Assembly: GCA_965218695.1 (NCBI GenBank)
Contig: OZ244651.1
Span: 2,304,001-2,368,000 of the forward strand
From: Nitrosopumilus sp.
GTDB lineage: Archaea; Thermoproteota; Nitrososphaeria; Nitrososphaerales; Nitrosopumilaceae
Direction: 5' to 3'
Length of the DNA stretch: 64,000 bases
A model generated the notes under the pieces. The model had not been told where the DNA came from and did not search any database. It saw only the letters and a list, made by a program, of their open reading frames with translations. The translations under genes were made by a program, and so were the position numbers. Below, piece after piece: positions 49,957 through 61,099 of the stretch (position 1 is the stretch's first letter; each line of letters begins with the position of its first letter).

Positions 49957-51051
49957 TAGTGACGCGCAAAAGTTTTGACAAATTCTGCCCGAAAACTATG
50001 TAGATCCGTGGTCCTTGAACGCAGCATGGACGAAACAAAACAGGAAGAACTCGAAAAGGCGTACAAAAAGGAAAAAGACGGCAGGGTGCGTGTCAGAATG
50101 CTTGCAGTGCACATGGTACACGTGCGCAAGATGAGCATAAGCGATGCCGCAGACATTCTCTTGCAGGCTGACCGGTGGGTATACCGCTGGATGCGCAGAT
50201 ACGAGGAAGGAGGCCTCGAAGGCCTCCGGGATCTTCCCAGATCCGGCAGGCCGCCCAAGATTTCGCCGGAAGCGATGGACGGCATACTGGACAAGGTAGT
50301 GGACCGGTTCAAGACCACTCCTGCCGAACTGCAGCAGGTCATACACAGGGAAACGGGAACAAAGATGCACAGAACGAATATCAGGAAAATCATGCAAAAA
50401 TACGGCCTGTCTCCCAAGGGGTCGCAAAGGATCCACATCAACAGGGCCACCAAAACGGCCGTAAAAAGCTGGCAATATCGCCTCAAAAAGAGAATTTCAC
50501 GCCTAGAAAAGGACGATTTTGTCCCAGTCGTGGAAGACGAGGCGTTCTTCATACACGACGTAAAATCGGGTCGCAAGTATTGGTCGCCTGTGGGGGTGCC
50601 AATAACCGTGCCATATACGGGAAGCCACAAAAGAATCGCCGTGTACGGTTCAGTCACGACCGATGGCAGGCAGTTCTTCAGGACTGCCAGCGGGTTCAAC
50701 GCGCCCACATTTGTTGCGTACCTCAAGGCCCTGCAGAGGCATTTTGGGAAGGTGGCCGTCATGGTGGACAGGGCGTCCCCGCACCGCGCAAAAGCCGTCC
50801 GGACGCTGCTGCGCGAGAACAAGAACATCAAGATCATATACCTGCCAAAAGGCTCGCCGTATCTCAACGCCGTGGAAGAATGCTGGCACCAAGGAAAACG
50901 GAACCTGCTTGTCTCAGAATACTACAAAACCTTCTTGGACATGCACAGTGCCGTCTCCCAGTATTATCGAACTGCAAGATTCAATCTGGATTTGTTCAAA
51001 TTCCTTAACAGAAAAGCCGAATTATTTTGCAGGAACTTTTGATCGCCACTA
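49957..51051 (+). mobile_element. IS630-family element 1
   Basis: Imperfect TIR TAGTGACGCGCAAAAGTT / AACTTTTGATCGCCACTA. Confidence 0.8.
50026..51042 (+). CDS. IS630-family transposase
   Basis: HTH..RSGRPPK, EDEAFF, VDRASPH, LPKGSPYLNAVEECW. Confidence 0.9.
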   Translation: MDETKQEELEKAYKKEKDGRVRVRMLAVHMVHVRKMSISDAADILLQADRWVYRWMRRYEEGGLEGLRDLPRSGRPPKISPEAMDGILDKVVDRFKTTPAELQQVIHRETGTKMHRTNIRKIMQKYGLSPKGSQRIHINRATKTAVKSWQYRLKKRISRLEKDDFVPVVEDEAFFIHDVKSGRKYWSPVGVPITVPYTGSHKRIAVYGSVTTDGRQFFRTASGFNAPTFVAYLKALQRHFGKVAVMVDRASPHRAKAVRTLLRENKNIKIIYLPKGSPYLNAVEECWHQGKRNLLVSEYYKTFLDMHSAVSQYYRTARFNLDLFKFLNRKAELFCRNF

Positions 51052-51170
51052 AAGAATGACAGGCTGCCCAAGGGCGACGGGTTCCTGCAGGATACGAGCC
51101 AAGGGGAGATCCTCCAGACGATCGGCCAGACGCAATCCGGCAAGGCGCGAGACATGCTGTCTGCGTGTTA

Positions 51171-52258
51171 TAGTGTCAATCAAAAGTCTTCTACGTCAGT
51201 CTGAGCGTAACATTTTTTGATCACTCCGCACTACCGCCCACATGGATGAAAAAAGCAAAAAGCTGTTAATCCAGGCCTACAAGAAAGAGAAGAGGGGAAC
51301 CATAAAGGACAGGATCCACGCCGTCTGCATGGTCAAGATCAGGGGGCTGGGCGTATCCGAGGTGGCATCACTGTGCTTTTGCGACCCGCACACTGTCACA
51401 AGCTGGGTCCGGCATTTTGATAGCGAGGGTCTTGCAGGCCTGGAAGACAGGCCCCGCCCGGGCAGGCCGCCCAAGGTCGGGCTTGAGAAGATTGCGGGGC
51501 TTGCAGCAAGGACTGGCAGCATCACAACTCCAAAGCAGCTCAAAGAAAACATACGCAAAGAATTCAAGGTGACATACCACATTTCAAACGTCACAAAGAT
51601 AATGCACAGGCTTGGCCTGTCTGCCAAGACGGTCCAGCGCATCCACGTCAACAGGCCAGAGATCAAAAAGATCAGGCAGTGGCAGCGCAACGCCAAAAGG
51701 CGGATTTCACGCCTGCAAGAGAAGGGTTTTCTCCCAGTCGTCTTTGACGAGGCCATATTTGTAGACGATCCGGCATCGGGCGTAAAGTATTGGTCGCCAG
51801 AAGGCGAGCCGATTGTCACGACATACAAGGGACGGCACGGAAAGGTGGTGGCATACGGTTCCATTGTAACAGACGGCAGGCAGTTCTTCAGGACGCATGA
51901 AAAATTTGACAAGGAGACGGTCCTGCAGTATCTCAAGGATCTGGTCAGGCATTTTGGAAAGGTGGTCGTAATCATGGATAATGCGCCACAACACAAGTCA
52001 AGGATCGTGATGAAATTTCTAAAGGAAAATCCCGACATCAAGGTCATGTGGCTTCCAGCTGCAACGCCCGAGCTTAGCGGCGTGGAGGAGTACTGGCACC
52101 AGGCAAAACGTAACGTGCTGGTGTCCGAGTACTATGCCACGATAGTGCAGATGCGCAACGCGATGTCGGAGTATTTCAGGACCGCGCGTCCAAGGATTGA
52201 CGTAATGGAGTTTATCTGTAGAAAGTCCCTAAATGTAAAAAACTTTTGATCGACACTA
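51171..52258 (+). mobile_element. IS630-family element 2
   Basis: TIR TAGTGTCAATCAAAAGT / ACTTTTGATCGACACTA, TA duplication. Confidence 0.9.
51242..52249 (+). CDS. IS630-family transposase
   Basis: RPGRPPK, FDEAIF, MDNAPQH, PELSGVEEYW. Confidence 0.9.
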   Translation: MDEKSKKLLIQAYKKEKRGTIKDRIHAVCMVKIRGLGVSEVASLCFCDPHTVTSWVRHFDSEGLAGLEDRPRPGRPPKVGLEKIAGLAARTGSITTPKQLKENIRKEFKVTYHISNVTKIMHRLGLSAKTVQRIHVNRPEIKKIRQWQRNAKRRISRLQEKGFLPVVFDEAIFVDDPASGVKYWSPEGEPIVTTYKGRHGKVVAYGSIVTDGRQFFRTHEKFDKETVLQYLKDLVRHFGKVVVIMDNAPQHKSRIVMKFLKENPDIKVMWLPAATPELSGVEEYWHQAKRNVLVSEYYATIVQMRNAMSEYFRTARPRIDVMEFICRKSLNVKNF

Positions 52259-52407
52259 TACAAGAGAAAACCGGATGAGCCTGCGCGCCATATCCGAGGC
52301 GATGGTAGATCTGTATTCCACCGTACGCGGCTGGCTGGTGCGGATCACCAGGCGCGGGCTGGCAGGGTGACATAATATCTATATTGGATATATAGATTTA
52401 TTCCTGT

Positions 52408-53149
52408 ATGCGTTGGTGGGAGACATTCGGCAATAAACGATACGGTTCGACTGTCATCACAGACACAAGTATAATTCTTGCTGGCGTGGTATCTTTTATC
52501 GTTACATTGGTGATCGTTTGGGACATTGGTGGGAACGAGTTGCTTACGATTAATGTTGTGATTTCTTTATTCCTAGGTTTTCTGGCATTTTTTACTACAT
52601 TGTTTTTTATCAATCGGGGACGTGTACTGGAGATAAAAGAAACGTATTATCAGATGCCAGGATTTGGGCATGCATTTAGACTGATGGCTATTTTACTAAG
52701 AAATGTCAAAGAAAATTTGGATAATGCCTCAAAGAAAAAATCGTATGTGTTCACGTCGTGCCTAGAAAAACAGGGAATGTTACCAAAGCACACCAAATTC
52801 GTGTCTGAATTAAGCAATTTTCTCAAACCACGTGAACACTTACAAAAAATCTAACACAATCGAAGAAACTGACAAACGGGTGAGGGAAAATCATGCATCA
52901 ACGTACCGTTACTTGCGGAATCAACTTGATCCGGTTCTGATCAAGTTGAGTATAAAGGGTAAAATTTCGTTTGGTAGGCATACATGGCGGAATTTGGATT
53001 TTTTATTCCATCTTTATGAGAAGGAGGGCGCTAATGAACTACAAACACGAGTGTGTCTTAATACGGGTGTACGTGATTTAATGAAAATACATGGCTCAGA
53101 GTGGTACACCATAGAAGCCATGCGTAATCCCTCCATTTCGTTGGGTTAA
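52408..53149 (+). pseudogene. AT-rich membrane-protein gene, apparently frameshifted (52408-52854 and 52832-53149)
   Basis: Two overlapping same-strand ORFs of similar composition; two N-terminal TM segments. Confidence 0.4.
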
Positions 53150-53276
53150 ACCAGAAAAACCAGAAAATATTAAAAATTCTAATTTAATTATCGCCATGTT
53201 AGCCATGTGGGGATCCTGTCCTGCCAGAAATACAAAATAACGTGCGCAGCCTTGCAGCACCGCGATGTGCACGGAA

Positions 53277-54527
53277 TTAATTGTTTGAAACGGCGCTGCC
53301 GGGGACGTTTGCCTGTTCCCAGTTTATTACCGGCCCCAGATTGCCGCCTGAAGGGGGTCCCTTCTCCAGGTAGTTCCACACGAGGTCCAGGTTTACAAGC
53401 CCTGTTATTATGTTAAATTCCCTGTTAAAGTCGCCAATCTTTCCCTTGTATGGCGCGGTAAGCCGGCCGTACCGCTTCAGCCTGCCAATGGAGTGCTCTA
53501 CCTTTACCCGGGCGGAATTGATTTTGTGGTTGTGTTCTTCTTCCTCCTTTGTAAAGCGCTTGTGGTTCTTGGTCTTCTTGTGCGGCTGCAGGGTGTTTGT
53601 ACCGGGCATATCCTTTGCGATTCCCTTGTAACCGCGGTCAGTAAGGGTGTGGACCCTGTCCTCTTCGGGGGTGTTCTCGTCGCACATGCGGTCCCACCAC
53701 TTTCCAAATGGCAGCGGGCTCTCCCTGAGAAGCGTGATGTCGTGGACGGATCCCACGGTGCTGTCGGATATGGCGACTATCACCCCGTTTTCGTTTATGC
53801 ACACGGTGGTATTGAGGGTGAACTTTTTCTTCTTGCCAGAATACATCATGCTTCTCATCTGTTTTTCGTCCGGCCTCTGTATGGGGCAGTGCGTGCCGTC
53901 GATCATCATGATGCCCCCGTCAGGTCCGGAAATTATTTTTTTGAGATCCTCTTTTGTCTCCGTGTCTGCCATCTCCTTTGAGATGTTGGCAGCAGTGGGC
54001 AGCGCCACGTCAAGCACCTCGTCTAGTACATCGATATACCGGGACACGGTTGCCTGGTCTATTCCAAAGAATGCCGCAAGCACGCCCTGCGTGGGGTTGC
54101 CCTTTTTGTACATCAGTGACATGAGCAGCGCGTGCCTTGGGTACAGCTTGCAGCGGTTCCCGGGATCCGATGCCCTCGTCTCGTCATTCCTGAAGAGTGG
54201 GGATTTGCCGCTTTGCCTTATCCACGCCTCGGCCCTGTCAAGTATGTACTGGAACTGTTCCCTGCACTTCAGCGTCGCGTCATGAAGCTTCTTCCCGACT
54301 CTGATGATGTCGTCAAGCACCTCCACGCGGTGCAACAGGGCGGGCTCTCCTGCGGCTCCGGATTCGGAACCGTCCCGTGTGCGCCACAGGCTTTGCTCGT
54401 GCCTGGCAGCTGCGTCCTGGCGCTTGATTATGTCTCTGAGAGCCTTATTCTCTTTTTGCAGGTCGCTTGTTTTCTGATTCGACAACAGTATGAACCGGCA
54501 TATTTTGGTTTTAATTGGATGGATCAT
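53277..54527 (-). CDS. IS5/ISL2-like (DDE_Tnp_4) transposase
   Basis: FGIDQATVSRY, MIDGTH, YSGKKK, SVHD, DRGYKG, RVKVEHSIG. Confidence 0.88.
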   Translation of the reverse strand: MIHPIKTKICRFILLSNQKTSDLQKENKALRDIIKRQDAAARHEQSLWRTRDGSESGAAGEPALLHRVEVLDDIIRVGKKLHDATLKCREQFQYILDRAEAWIRQSGKSPLFRNDETRASDPGNRCKLYPRHALLMSLMYKKGNPTQGVLAAFFGIDQATVSRYIDVLDEVLDVALPTAANISKEMADTETKEDLKKIISGPDGGIMMIDGTHCPIQRPDEKQMRSMMYSGKKKKFTLNTTVCINENGVIVAISDSTVGSVHDITLLRESPLPFGKWWDRMCDENTPEEDRVHTLTDRGYKGIAKDMPGTNTLQPHKKTKNHKRFTKEEEEHNHKINSARVKVEHSIGRLKRYGRLTAPYKGKIGDFNREFNIITGLVNLDLVWNYLEKGPPSGGNLGPVINWEQANVPGSAVSNN

Positions 54528-54617
54528 AAATTTTTGACAGCAGGGCTAACATGTCAACGCGGAGTTTGAAAAAATTCTGGATTACGCATATTTTCTTATG
54601 CATTACGAACAATATGT

Positions 54618-56299
54618 AGATCTCATGCAGAATGTGCCTGATTTAAAAAACTGAATTAAATTGAGTTATTCCCACGTGCGGCACCACATGCGGCCGAATA
54701 TCCACAGAATCGTAAAGCATGCCAATCCAAGAAGGATAACCGAAACGTTAAGATCGGTGATTTTTACGCCACACCGTGATGGCAATGCTAGTCGATCCAA
54801 CGGTGCAGAGATTACAGCAGGAAAACGAGGCGCTCAGGGAGTCGGATGAATTCCGCCGGCAGAGGATCAGGGCCCTCAGGGAGGCGCGCAGGACAGACCG
54901 GCAGAGGAGCGAGGCCCTCGAGGAATGCCTGACTGATCACTGGACCGTCACGTCTAGGTATCTTGACGACATCATAAAATATCCTGAATTCCTGCACGCC
55001 ATGACGCTGCGCACCCCGGAAAGGTTTGACCACGCGCTGCACCGCCTCGAGGATCTTTTGGAGCGGAACGGGGAGACTGCGCTCTTTTCTGAAATCAAGA
55101 GCAGATCGAAAAACTCCGGGAGCAGGCGCATCCTGCCCCTGAGGCACGCGTACCTGCTGTGGCTGTTTCGGGCAAGGCTGAGCATACCGCAGGAAGCCCT
55201 TGCCGCGATGTTTGGCGTCGACCAGGCCACAGTCTCCAGGTACCTTCCGCTGATGACCAGGCTGCTAGGCGAGACAGGCACGGCGCCGCGCAAAATCAGC
55301 GAGGCTGCACAAAAGGCCAGGACGCTTGAGGAGAGCAAGAAGATAATACCCGGCAGGAGGGGAGGAGAACTGATGGTGGACGGCACGCACAACCGGGTCA
55401 GAAGGTCCGCGGACAAGGAGAGGCGCAAAAAGACGTACTCTGGCAAGAAGAAGGCACACACGTACAACACCAACATCGTGATCAACAAGCGCCGCGTGAT
55501 AGTGGCGATAAGCAAGACCGTTCCGGGCAGCGTCCACGACAAGACCCTGCTCAACGAGGATCCGCCAAACCTTGGAATCATTACGGCAAGGATGGGCCAG
55601 AAGGACGTGCCCGAAGAGGAAAAGCCTGACGTCCTGATGGACAAGGGCTACCAAGGGGCAAGAGAGGAATATCCCGGATGGCACATCAGGCACCCGCACA
55701 AGAAAAAGCGTGGAGCCGACAAAAAGACCGGCGGCCTGACAAAGAAGCAACGCGCCTACAACAAGAGGGTAAACAGCTCCCGTGTGGCCATAGAGCACGT
55801 TATCGGAAGCCTGAAACAGTACAAGAGGCTGACTGACCCGTACGACGGCACCGAGGAGGAGTACAACGACGAGCTCAACGCGATTGCGGGAATGGTAAAC
55901 CAGGATCTGATGTGGGACGAAATAAAACTCAGGGACGCGGACCTTCTCAAAAGGCTGGCCGAGAAAAGGGCGCGCCTCTGAGGCAGGGCGGCACGAGCCG
56001 CCTGACGGAGTGAAAGACAGGTGGCATCAGGCAGTGCAGGAATGTCGCGCACGGCATCCAATATTTGTGCAAATTCCCCCACCATTCCCCATGAAACAAC
56101 CTGCCGCCCCGGGGACGGATGCCGCACATCCACAGGACGTGCCTTATTTTCCAATACTGGAAACTGGATTTTTCACATGGACGTGCAAGACAAATTTGTA
56201 AAATATACGGCAGACGAGATTTTCAAATATGGCCACGCCTAGCGCAGTTCTGACATGATTTTATGATTTGCCACGTCAGGCACATTCTGCATAGGATCT
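54618..56299 (+). mobile_element. IS5/ISL2-like element
   Basis: 24-bp TIR AGATC(TC/CT)ATGCAGAATGTGCCTGA; 3-bp TSD TGT (54615-54617 / 56300-56302). Confidence 0.85.
54776..55981 (+). CDS. IS5/ISL2-like (DDE_Tnp_4) transposase
   Basis: FGVDQATVSRY, MVDGTH, YSGKKK, DKGYQG, RVAIEHVIG. Confidence 0.88.
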   Translation: MMAMLVDPTVQRLQQENEALRESDEFRRQRIRALREARRTDRQRSEALEECLTDHWTVTSRYLDDIIKYPEFLHAMTLRTPERFDHALHRLEDLLERNGETALFSEIKSRSKNSGSRRILPLRHAYLLWLFRARLSIPQEALAAMFGVDQATVSRYLPLMTRLLGETGTAPRKISEAAQKARTLEESKKIIPGRRGGELMVDGTHNRVRRSADKERRKKTYSGKKKAHTYNTNIVINKRRVIVAISKTVPGSVHDKTLLNEDPPNLGIITARMGQKDVPEEEKPDVLMDKGYQGAREEYPGWHIRHPHKKKRGADKKTGGLTKKQRAYNKRVNSSRVAIEHVIGSLKQYKRLTDPYDGTEEEYNDELNAIAGMVNQDLMWDEIKLRDADLLKRLAEKRARL

Positions 56300-56407
56300 T
56301 GTGTATTAAAATCCGATTCTATACAATGAATTTTAAAATCAGGTACATGTCCTGTGGCCGGCTGGCAAGCCTGTTTTAAATTCAGGATGTGTGTAATTTT
56401 CAAAGAT

Positions 56408-56644
56408 TCATAATTCAGGGCTCTGATTATGCAGATACAGCACTTCAAAGACCATGTCGTAAAACGAGATGTGCTTTTGTCGTGCCTGTTCGTCAAGCCA
56501 CCGTATTTCTTTGAGCAGTTCCGGATCATCCCCGGAGAATTCCACCAGTCCGTCGACCAGATTTGTAAAGGCGGTGCATGACTCTGCCATGAGCATTCTT
56601 TCTAATACATGATCATAAACGTTGCATTCAAAAGATATAGACAA
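56408..56644 (-). CDS. Small hypothetical protein
   Basis: DPELLKEIRWLDEQA...ISFYDMVFEVL; start uncertain. Confidence 0.55.
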   Translation of the reverse strand: MSISFECNVYDHVLERMLMAESCTAFTNLVDGLVEFSGDDPELLKEIRWLDEQARQKHISFYDMVFEVLYLHNQSPEL

Positions 56645-56679
56645 TATGGATTAATTATTCCACCATCACGGGTGTTTTT

Positions 56680-58266
56680 TTATTTAATTTGGTTTTTTCT
56701 GATGGCCCTGTTGTAGGCAACCCCGAACCTGTGGGTCTCGTCACGCGCATGCTGCAGTATCTTCAGCGAGGGCTTCTCCCGGGGTATTACTACGGGGTCG
56801 GGCCGCCTTGGAACATAGACCTCCTCGTTTTCCTTTGCAAGCGATATGCACGGCAGCTTGAGTCCCAGAGACGTCAGCGATTTTAAGGCCGCGTTAAGCT
56901 GGCCCCTGCCGCCGTCAATCACCACGAGATCCGGCAGATCAGAGTCCTCCTTGAGCAGCCGGTAGTATCTTCTCTTGACTACTTCTGCAATCATCGCAAA
57001 GTCGTCCCTGCCTGAGACTGTCCTGATTCGAAACTTCCTGTACCCGGACTTGTTTGGCTTGCCGCCTACAAAGCTTGACATGGAGCCCACCGCAAAGTCC
57101 GTGCCGTGGTTTGATATGTCAAAGCATTCAATCACTTGGGGTATGGTGGGAAGACCAAGAATCTCCTTTAGATCTGCAAGCCCCGGCTCGCCGCTTTTTG
57201 ACTGGATGAGCCGGATGTTCCTCAGAATCAGGTCTATTATCTCCCTACGCTTTCCTTTTGCCGGAACCAGTATCTGTACCCGGAACCCTGCCTGTCCAGA
57301 CAGCAGGGACTCCATCAGGTCGCGGTTCTGCAGGGGTTCGCTGAGCAGTACGAACCGGGGTATCTTGTGAGTGGAGTAGTACTGGTAAAGAAAGTTTGAA
57401 AGGGAGTTGTCGCCCACCATGTCAAAGAAGAACTTGTCGCTGTCCCGGATGACGCCGTTGATCATCCTAAAGTTCATGACGGTGGCAGCATCGTCCTCGA
57501 TTCCCATGCCAAAGTACTCCTCGTCTGAGTTCTTGACGTACTCCATCTTCTGCCCTGTCTGCAGGCTTCCAAGCCTGATCAGGGTGTCGCGTATCTCCTT
57601 TGCGCGCTCAAAGTGCTCCTGCTCTGCGGCCTGGAGCATCTCAGTCTGCATCCTCTCCATGAATATTCTGGTCTGATCCTTTCCCTTGAGGACCTCCTCG
57701 AGTGCGGCCACGTGCCCCAGATACCTCTCCTGGGCGCCTTCAAACTCGCACGGCCCCTCGCAGTTTCCCAGATGGTACTCCAGGCACACCTTCTTGGGAA
57801 GCGTCTTGCAGATTCGGATCTGGAACGCCTTGCGCAGCGCGCCGATGGTCAGCAGCTTGGAGCTACCCTGCGTAAACGGGCCAAACGTCTTGCCCTTGCC
57901 CAGGAAATTTCCATCCCGGGTGCGCCTTGCGACCAGCAGCCGGGGGTATTTTTCATCAGATACCCGAAGGTACGTGTACCTCTGCTGGTCCTTTAGCTCT
58001 ATGTTGAAGCGCGGGCGGTGCCGCTTTATCATGTTGGATTCGAGCAGGAACGCCTCGCTTTCATTGTCAGTCAGGACAAACTCGATTGCAGATATGTTTT
58101 GGACCAGCTTTTGCGTCTTGTAGTTCTGGTTCTTAACAAAGTAGGATTTCACGCGGTTTCGGAGGTTCTTTGCCTTGCCGATGTAGATTATCGTCCCGTC
58201 TGAATCCTTCATCAGGTAGATTCCCGGATCCGCGGGTACTGCAACGCCAGATATGTCAAAGGGCAT
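56680..58266 (-). CDS. uvrC: Excinuclease ABC subunit C
   Basis: GIY-YIG, FDISN, IDGGRGQL, RDETHRFG. Confidence 0.95.
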   Translation of the reverse strand: MPFDISGVAVPADPGIYLMKDSDGTIIYIGKAKNLRNRVKSYFVKNQNYKTQKLVQNISAIEFVLTDNESEAFLLESNMIKRHRPRFNIELKDQQRYTYLRVSDEKYPRLLVARRTRDGNFLGKGKTFGPFTQGSSKLLTIGALRKAFQIRICKTLPKKVCLEYHLGNCEGPCEFEGAQERYLGHVAALEEVLKGKDQTRIFMERMQTEMLQAAEQEHFERAKEIRDTLIRLGSLQTGQKMEYVKNSDEEYFGMGIEDDAATVMNFRMINGVIRDSDKFFFDMVGDNSLSNFLYQYYSTHKIPRFVLLSEPLQNRDLMESLLSGQAGFRVQILVPAKGKRREIIDLILRNIRLIQSKSGEPGLADLKEILGLPTIPQVIECFDISNHGTDFAVGSMSSFVGGKPNKSGYRKFRIRTVSGRDDFAMIAEVVKRRYYRLLKEDSDLPDLVVIDGGRGQLNAALKSLTSLGLKLPCISLAKENEEVYVPRRPDPVVIPREKPSLKILQHARDETHRFGVAYNRAIRKNQIK

Positions 58267-61099
58267 TTTTTAGCATCTTCTTGAGGTACTGGCCGGTGTA
58301 GCTTCCAGGGGCCCGTGCGACGTCGTCTGGCGTCCCGGTGCAGACTACCTGCCCTCCCTCGTCGCCGCCTTCGGGTCCCAGATCGATTATCCAGTCGGAG
58401 TTTCGAATAACGTCCATGTTGTGCTCTATCACCACTGCCGTATTGCCCATATTTACCAGCCTGTTGAGCACGTCGAGCAGGTTTTGGACGTCTGCAAAGT
58501 GCAGTCCGGTCGTGGGCTCGTCGAGTATGTACAGGGTCCTGCCGGTGTTGGTCTTGGATAGTTCCGATGCCAGCTTTACCCTCTGAGCCTCGCCGCCGGA
58601 CAGGGTAGTCGAGGACTGGCCCAGCTTGATGTATCCCAGGCCGACGTCGTATATGGTCTGGAGCTTCTTCCTGATTGGAGGCACGTTTTCAAAGAACTGC
58701 AGCGCCTCGTATACGGTCATGTCCAGCACGTCTGATATGTTCTTGCCCTTGTACAGCACCGACAGCGTCTCGGAGCTGTACCGCTTTCCCATGCACTCGT
58801 TGCACCGCACAAAGACGTCGGAGAGGAACTGCATCTCGATCTGCTTTACGCCGTTTCCGCTGCAGGCAAAGCACCGTCCGGCATGCACGTTAAACGAAAA
58901 CTGGCCAGGCGCGTATCCGCGCCGCCTTGAGAGTTCGGTGCGCGCGTAGAGATCCCTTATCGGGGTAAACGCGCCGATGTATGTCACCGGGTTTGAGCGC
59001 GGCGTTCGGCCGATTGGGGACTGGTCAATTGCAATCACCTTGTCGATGTTGTACAGGCCTGTTATCTCGTCATGCTTGCCCGGCCGGGGGTTTGACTTGT
59101 AGAAATGCTTCATCAGGGACTTTAGCAGGATGCCGTTTACCAGGCTGGACTTTCCGGAGCCTGAGACGCCCGTAACTGAGACAAACAGCCCCAGCGGAAT
59201 CTCGACGTCCACTCCCTTGAGGTTGTTCTCGGATGCGTTCTTGATTACCAGTGAGCCTGACCGGTTGCGAATTCTGTCATTTAGGGTTATGGAGGATCTG
59301 CCGTCAAGATACCTGCCGGTCACAGACGTGTCGTTGTCAAGTATCTGCTCGAGCTTGCCCTCAAACACGACGCTTCCCCCGTGCACCCCGGCTCCAGGCC
59401 CCAGATCCACTATCCAGTCCGAGCTTCGTATGACCTCCTCGTCGTGTTCCACTATGATTACCGTGTTTCCCAGGTTTCGCAGCTTGCTGAGCGTCTTTAT
59501 CAGGCGCCGGTTGTCGCGCTGGTGCAGCCCGATGGTCGGCTCGTCAAGCACGTACAGCACGCCGGTAAGATTTGAGCCGATCTGCGTTGCCAGTCGTATC
59601 CGCTGGGACTCGCCGCCAGAGAGCGTGGCACTTGACCGGTTTAGCGTAAGGTAGTTAAGCCCCACGTTGAGCAGAAACTCGAGGCGCTCGCGTATCTCCT
59701 TGAGGATGTCGCGCGCAATGTACGCCTCGGTGTCGGTAAGTTTTATGGTGCCGAAAAAGTCAAGACACTGATCGATTGACAGGTCGCAGACGTCCATGAT
59801 TCCCTTGCCGTTGATCCTGACGTTGAGGGACTCGGGGTTGAGCTTGCGCCCGTGGCAGGAATCGCACAGCGTCTCCATCATGAACTGTTTGAGCCAGAGG
59901 CGCTTTGCCTCAGAGTCGGTTCCTGCAAAACTCCTCTTGAGGTGGGAGAGCACGCCGTCAGACATGCTGGGGTACCACCCGCCGGTTTCGCTGCCGTCCC
60001 CGTAACCCCCATCGTCCCCATGGCCGTTCCCATTCCCTAGCCGGTTATTCGAGCCGTAAAGGATTATCCCAAGGCTTTCAGAGTCCAGCTGTCCTATCGG
60101 GGCCCTAATTGAGATGCCGTGCCTGCTAGCCAGGTGCCCCACTGCGTTCATGTAGTGCGACGAGTATCTCGTGTTCCACGGGGCAATCGCCCCCGTGGCA
60201 AGGGAGAGTGTCTTGTCCGGGATCACCAGGTCAGGATCAAACTCCATCTTCACTCCCAGCCCGCTGCAGGTCTTGCACATGCCAAACGGCGAGTTGAACG
60301 AAAAGTTTCTCGGCTCCAATTCCCCAATGGTCACGCCGCAATGGGGACAGGCGTTTCGTTGTGAAAATATCGCCTCGGAGCCGCCTGAGGTAATGATGAC
60401 GTCGCCCTTGGATGCGTTTATCGCAGTCTGGACTGCCTCAAACAGTCTGGAGCGCTCGGGGCGCGTCACTTTGATCCTGTCCACCACGATCTCAATACTG
60501 TGCCACTTTTGCCGCTCCAGCGAGACTTGCTCGTCAAGCCCGAGCACCTCCCCATCCACCCGCATGCGCGAGTAGCCGTCGCGTTTGATCTGCTCGAAGA
60601 GTTTTTCGTGCGTTCCCTTCTTTCTCTGGATTAGCGGCGCAAGGACGAGGATCTTCTTATTTGCAAAGCCCCGCAAAATGGAGTCGCATATGGTCTCGAC
60701 TGACTGGCTGGATATCTGCCGATCACAGTTTGTGCAGTGTGGGATGCCGATTCGTGCAAAGAGCAGCCTCATGTAGTCGTAAATCTCAGTGGTGGTACCC
60801 ACAGTAGAGCGCGGGTTCTTGCTGGTGGTCTTTTGCTGGATGGATATTGCAGGCGAGAGGCCCTCGATGGAATCGACGTCAGGCTTGTCCATCATCTCCA
60901 GGAACTGCCTGGCGTAGGCAGAAAGGGACTCGACGTAGCGCCTCTGCCCCTCGGCATATATGGTGTCAAATGCAAGCGTCGACTTGCCGGAGCCGGAAAG
61001 CCCGCTGATCACGACCAGGTTGTTTTTGGGAATCTCGACGTCCAGGTTTTTCAGGTTGTGGTGTCTTGCCCCGCGAACCTTCAGCTTATTTTCTGTCAT
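58256..61099 (-). CDS. uvrA: Excinuclease ABC subunit A
   Basis: Two ABC modules ([21 protein letters not shown]), Zn fingers; ATG at 61099. Confidence 0.96.
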   Translation of the reverse strand: MTENKLKVRGARHHNLKNLDVEIPKNNLVVISGLSGSGKSTLAFDTIYAEGQRRYVESLSAYARQFLEMMDKPDVDSIEGLSPAISIQQKTTSKNPRSTVGTTTEIYDYMRLLFARIGIPHCTNCDRQISSQSVETICDSILRGFANKKILVLAPLIQRKKGTHEKLFEQIKRDGYSRMRVDGEVLGLDEQVSLERQKWHSIEIVVDRIKVTRPERSRLFEAVQTAINASKGDVIITSGGSEAIFSQRNACPHCGVTIGELEPRNFSFNSPFGMCKTCSGLGVKMEFDPDLVIPDKTLSLATGAIAPWNTRYSSHYMNAVGHLASRHGISIRAPIGQLDSESLGIILYGSNNRLGNGNGHGDDGGYGDGSETGGWYPSMSDGVLSHLKRSFAGTDSEAKRLWLKQFMMETLCDSCHGRKLNPESLNVRINGKGIMDVCDLSIDQCLDFFGTIKLTDTEAYIARDILKEIRERLEFLLNVGLNYLTLNRSSATLSGGESQRIRLATQIGSNLTGVLYVLDEPTIGLHQRDNRRLIKTLSKLRNLGNTVIIVEHDEEVIRSSDWIVDLGPGAGVHGGSVVFEGKLEQILDNDTSVTGRYLDGRSSITLNDRIRNRSGSLVIKNASENNLKGVDVEIPLGLFVSVTGVSGSGKSSLVNGILLKSLMKHFYKSNPRPGKHDEITGLYNIDKVIAIDQSPIGRTPRSNPVTYIGAFTPIRDLYARTELSRRRGYAPGQFSFNVHAGRCFACSGNGVKQIEMQFLSDVFVRCNECMGKRYSSETLSVLYKGKNISDVLDMTVYEALQFFENVPPIRKKLQTIYDVGLGYIKLGQSSTTLSGGEAQRVKLASELSKTNTGRTLYILDEPTTGLHFADVQNLLDVLNRLVNMGNTAVVIEHNMDVIRNSDWIIDLGPEGGDEGGQVVCTGTPDDVARAPGSYTGQYLKKMLKNAL

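Larger units (their letters stand above)
51052..52371 (+). pseudogene. Older IS630 transposase 5' remnant (51052-51170 plus 52261-52371) split by element 2
   Basis: KARDMLSAC|YKRK..MSLRAISEAM..YSTVRGWL reads through once element 2 is removed (one frameshift). Confidence 0.65.

Noticed and set aside
59980-60060. Gly/Asp/Asn-rich stretch in UvrA as an intein or intron
   Set aside because: In frame, in a variable region, with no splice motifs or BHB fold.
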